64,000 nucleotides of DNA from Camelus ferus. Lineage: Eukaryota. Below the pieces are notes generated by a model. That model was not told the DNA's origin, ran no database searches, and was given only the letters and a program-made list of their open reading frames with translations. Of this stretch, positions 60,317 through 64,000 are shown piece after piece. A program made the translations under genes and the position numbers. The stretch lies in contig NC_045696.1 of the NCBI RefSeq assembly GCF_009834535.1, forward strand, positions 69,132,001 through 69,196,000, written 5' to 3'. Each line of letters begins with the position of its first letter. The stretch's first letter is position 1.

Positions 60317-61253
60317 CTGTGCACAGAAAGAGAGGAGTTATTTGAACTGGTTCAAAAAGTGGGTTTCTCTCCATTTCACTGATACTCCAACACGTCAAGG
60401 GGAAAAAAAAAACCTTAAATTCTTAATTCCTTAAAAAAAACAACTTTTCCCTAAAGTTTATGGTTTCTGCTTATAGAGGATATATACATATACAATATAT
60501 AATTTACAAAGAGTGTAGAAAATACAGAAATGCTTTGAGAGTGAGATCAACCATAATCTCAGAAATGGTATGACCCAGGAGAACTGTTAACATCGATGTA
60601 TTTCCTTCTTATTTTTAAATACTATTAAATAATCATTTAAAAATTGGGATCACTGTGACTATCATTGTACACACTGTGTTTCACATACTATAATGATAGC
60701 ATTCTCTTATTCTTTATCCTTTGAAAACATAATTTTTGTATCTATTTTGTATCTATAATATTTGTATCTAATTTTTCTATGTACTGAGGTACCATATTTT
60801 ATTCAATGACTCCCTCCTGTTGGACTTTTAGATCTTTTGGGGTCATTTTGTATCTGTGATAAATCATCTTTATAGATATATTTCTGTCAAACGCAATGAT
60901 TTCTTTAGGCTCAATTCCTGGAACTGGGCATTATTGGCTTCAGGACTTGAAAGATTTCATATCAGAGATATATCTAGGGAATCTACACTTTAGACTCTCA
61001 GCAGCCTGGCATGACTTCTCTTAATTAGGAAATAGCCTCTCTGACTCCAGGGGACTCCTGTGGGTGAGAAGATTTGGTGACAGCTCTTAAGCAGGGGAGA
61101 TGACAGCCCAGAGGATGGCCTGGCATGACCCAGCCCTCACAGGGAGTGGGTATTCTGCACTGTTCTCTTTTCCACAGCTCCAAGATACAAACTCGCTCTG
61201 AGGATGTTCTGTTCCATGACCTGCTTCGCCGACACAACACCTGGCCTGCTCAC

Positions 61254-61358
61254 CTTTTCTGCCAGCAGGTTGCACGTGGCTGGGTCCGTGACATCTTTGG
61301 CGACACAGTCAGTGGCAGCCACTGCAAACTCCACATAGACAGCAGCAGCTTGAAGAGG
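61254..61358 (-). CDS. AHSG: Fetuin-A exon 5
   Basis: cag|CCT...AAG|gtgagc; PLQAAAVYVEFAVAATDCVAKDVTDPATCNLLAEK; 105 nt. Confidence 0.95.
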
Positions 61359-62545
61359 CTGATGAGGATAAATGAAGCTGTTCATGAAGCAACATGACTG
61401 AGCAGGAAAAAGGCAGGGAAGGAGAGGCCAGAGCGAAATAGCGAGGGACACGGCATTGCATAGTCCAGGGAGCACCGTTCACAGAGACCATGCTGTGTGG
61501 CCAGGAAATACGCCCCCAGTGGCTCACATAGGGCAGTCATAGTGACATTGGGCTTTGAGGGCTTGTATCCAGAAGTTGGGGTTGGGTCTTCTCTGAAGGA
61601 GGTGCAGCTATCCACTGCCCATCATTCAGAGCAGAGGTTAGTTTTCAGATAGGAAGCAGGAACCCAGAGGGCTGACCTTACACTGACCTGAGTGGGATCC
61701 CTGCCTCCCACCACACTTCCCTTGTGGACCTGCACTTTGAGACCCAAGATTCAGGTTCCTCCAAGAAGGGGTGGGAAAGTAAAGAAATGAATACCTCTCC
61801 CACGTATTTTAGATAGCCAGGTCAAATGAAAAAATATAAACCAAAATATGGAAGATATTTATGCTTTTCTATCCTATAGTTCTTGGAGCATATGGACAGT
61901 TGCAATAATAAAATATCTGTTATTGATATAGTCTGGGGTGGAGGTGTTCTGAGAATCGCATAGTCTGGTGCATAAAATTACTACCCATACAGTGTAATTC
62001 CAAGAATGTGATGGCTGGCATCCAGAATACCAGTTTTTTTAAATACTAGAATTCTGTTGCATTCAAATGTGCTAACCTAGTCACAGTACTATTAGGTTTT
62101 TTTTTTTCAGTGATTCAAAAGGCATTTAGGATTCTACCATCATATGCCTATCTGTTTAAGTATATCTGTGCCTTTATAAGTATCAATTACGAGAGTGCTA
62201 CAGACGTTCAGTGGTGGTGGGCGATGGCCAAGTGGAGACCCATGAATTACACGCGCTTTATACGGTGCGTGCTCTGGATAAAGTGGGAACTCCCACCCTG
62301 GTGATAACAAGAACCAAGGAACTGGGGACATACAGCATCTGGAGGTTTTATGTTAAAGTGGCTTAGGGAGGAGCTGATGGTCCTGTGGGTCCTCAGGGCA
62401 CTCAGGACCCTATCTGTCCCTTTTCTCCCTTCTTGCCTTCCTGTTGCTGTCCCTGTACCCACTCTGTCCCTCACCCCTGCTTCATCACATTTACTCCCAA
62501 AGTGCCATCAAACTGCCCAATCCATCAGCAGGGTCTCAGTCTTAC

Positions 62546-62709
62546 CGCAAATTGAGCCCGAGAAATTTCCACCAGCTGTAAGTAGGAGCCATTGCTCTGG
62601 GCGTTGGAGGCAGCCAGTGCAACCTCTACTGCGTGCACCACCCGGCTGTCATTCAGCGGGGCCAGCAGGGGGCAGTTTGGACACACCCTGTGCACATCCT
62701 CGGCAGAAT
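62546..62709 (-). CDS. AHSG: Fetuin-A exon 4
   Basis: tag|AT...GCG|gtaaga; (D)SAEDVHRVCPNCPLLAPLNDSRVVHAVEVALAASNAQSNGSYLQLVEISRAQFA; 164 nt, phase 1/0. Confidence 0.96.
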
Positions 62710-63073
62710 CTATGCACAGAGAGAAGAAATCAACCTAGTTCTGGGCTGTAGTTCTCTGCAGCATTTGCCCCAGCTCTGCTGATTTAAAAGGGCTAAGACA
62801 TGCTCCAAATGGCTGTAGGCAAAGTCTCTGCTTCTTTCTGAACCTTCATGTGAGTCCTGTCATATGGGCATTTTTGCAGGATCCCCTCTCACCAGGGGGC
62901 GATTTTCACCTTTGATGAGAACAGCTTCCTTAAAACATCCCAAATCCAGGAAATTTGGCTTTTCCTTTTCATCACCATCAACGTGTCTAGAACTACTCCC
63001 GTTGAAAACAATTCCCATTCCTTCCTCACTCTCTCTACAAGGTAAACATCATAAGGAGAATAATCGTCTCTAC

Positions 63074-63158
63074 CTGGACTGGAATCACATTTTGCAGACA
63101 GCACGGAAAGCTGGCCATCCTGTTTCAGCACATGGAAATCACAGTCTCCTTCCACCGC
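63074..63158 (-). CDS. AHSG: Fetuin-A exon 3
   Basis: cag|GCG...CCA G|gtagag; AVEGDCDFHVLKQDGQLSVLSAKCDSSP; 85 nt, phase 0/1. Confidence 0.96.
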
Positions 63159-63508
63159 CTGGAGAAAGAAACCCACAGTGAGGGCCCTCCCAGGGAGGTG
63201 GGGCAGGGGGCAGGGTAGGGGGACAGAACCCTCAGGCATGGATGTCAAAGGTAAGCCTCAAAAAAATCTCCTGCATGGAGTGATATCGAAACATTACACT
63301 CTCTGACTTCAGGGAGGGCTACAACAAAAAAGTGAAGTGTGGTAAAAATCGGCCCCAGGGGAGGCGCCATCAAATGGCAATTTTAGAAACTGCACAGGCT
63401 AGCCATAAAGGCAGGCCAGGAAGTTGGATAAAAGAGGCCTGCTCTTTGCAGAGGCACAGCAAACCAGGCTGGGGCTCCCCTCACAGTCACCCTAGGAGGG
63501 ACACTCAC

Positions 63509-63619
63509 ATGCTCTTTCATCTGCCTCACGCTGCAGTTTGCCAGGGGTGTGGGGTCCCGAACGTGGCAGGTGGTTTCCAGCGTGTCTATTTCAACTTCAT
63601 ACACTTCTCCCGTGGGCTG
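63509..63619 (-). CDS. AHSG: Fetuin-A exon 2 (exon 1 lies beyond the right edge)
   Basis: cag|CAG...CAT|gtgagt; QPTGEVYEVEIDTLETTCHVRDPTPLANCSVRQMKEH; 111 nt; NAGNAG acceptor. Confidence 0.95.
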
Positions 63620-64000
63620 CTGTGGACACAGAGAATGAAGAGGTGAGCAGCCTGGGCCTGCTGAGCAAACCCAAGTGTGCACCCCACTGGGTTTGAACCC
63701 ACTTCCTCCCTCCACCCTGCCCGGTAGGAAGGGGTGAGAAGGAAGGCAGAGTGGGCTTGGGCGGGTTGATGTAACCACGGTCATCACTCTGAGCTGTATT
63801 TGGAATCTAAACGTGAGTGTTCATACTTATAAAATTCTACCCTTCAAGCAGGATTTTGAAAAAGACAGCTTTGGATTTTTCTTGGTCAAGCAGGTGGTGT
63901 AGGAGAATAACTTACTGCCTCTCCATTATCTTCTCCATACCTCCCTCCACTTCTTCCTTCCTTCTCAACATCTACTTTCTTTCCTTCCCCATTTTCTTTT

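Overview
This is mammalian genomic DNA, probably from a camelid: it carries 11 copies of a tRNA-Ala(AGC)-derived SINE resembling camelid vic-1. It covers the type-3 cystatin plasma-protein cluster, with all four genes on the minus strand in the order AHSG -> FETUB -> HRG -> KNG1. AHSG (fetuin-A) is present as coding exons 2-7 (63619-59277), with exon 1 beyond the right edge. FETUB (fetuin-B) is complete, with 7 coding exons and 375 aa (35360-23812). HRG (histidine-rich glycoprotein) is complete, with 7 coding exons and 508 aa (15098-4910). KNG1 (kininogen) is present only as its first coding exon (406-212). I read the exon boundaries by hand, and the multi-exon genes splice in frame. The non-coding space holds a decayed gammaretrovirus-like provirus (gag-pro-pol, no recognisable env) between FETUB and HRG, plus L1, MaLR and other LTRs, DNA transposons and microsatellites. 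I found no convincing previously undescribed system. The most notable observations are an old inverted duplication upstream of KNG1 whose arms were later split by different insertions, a GC-AG intron in FETUB, extra cysteines in HRG and FETUB, substitutions at normally conserved fetuin-A positions, and an LTR promoter facing the FETUB 3' end. Orthologue comparisons are from memory, not from database searches.
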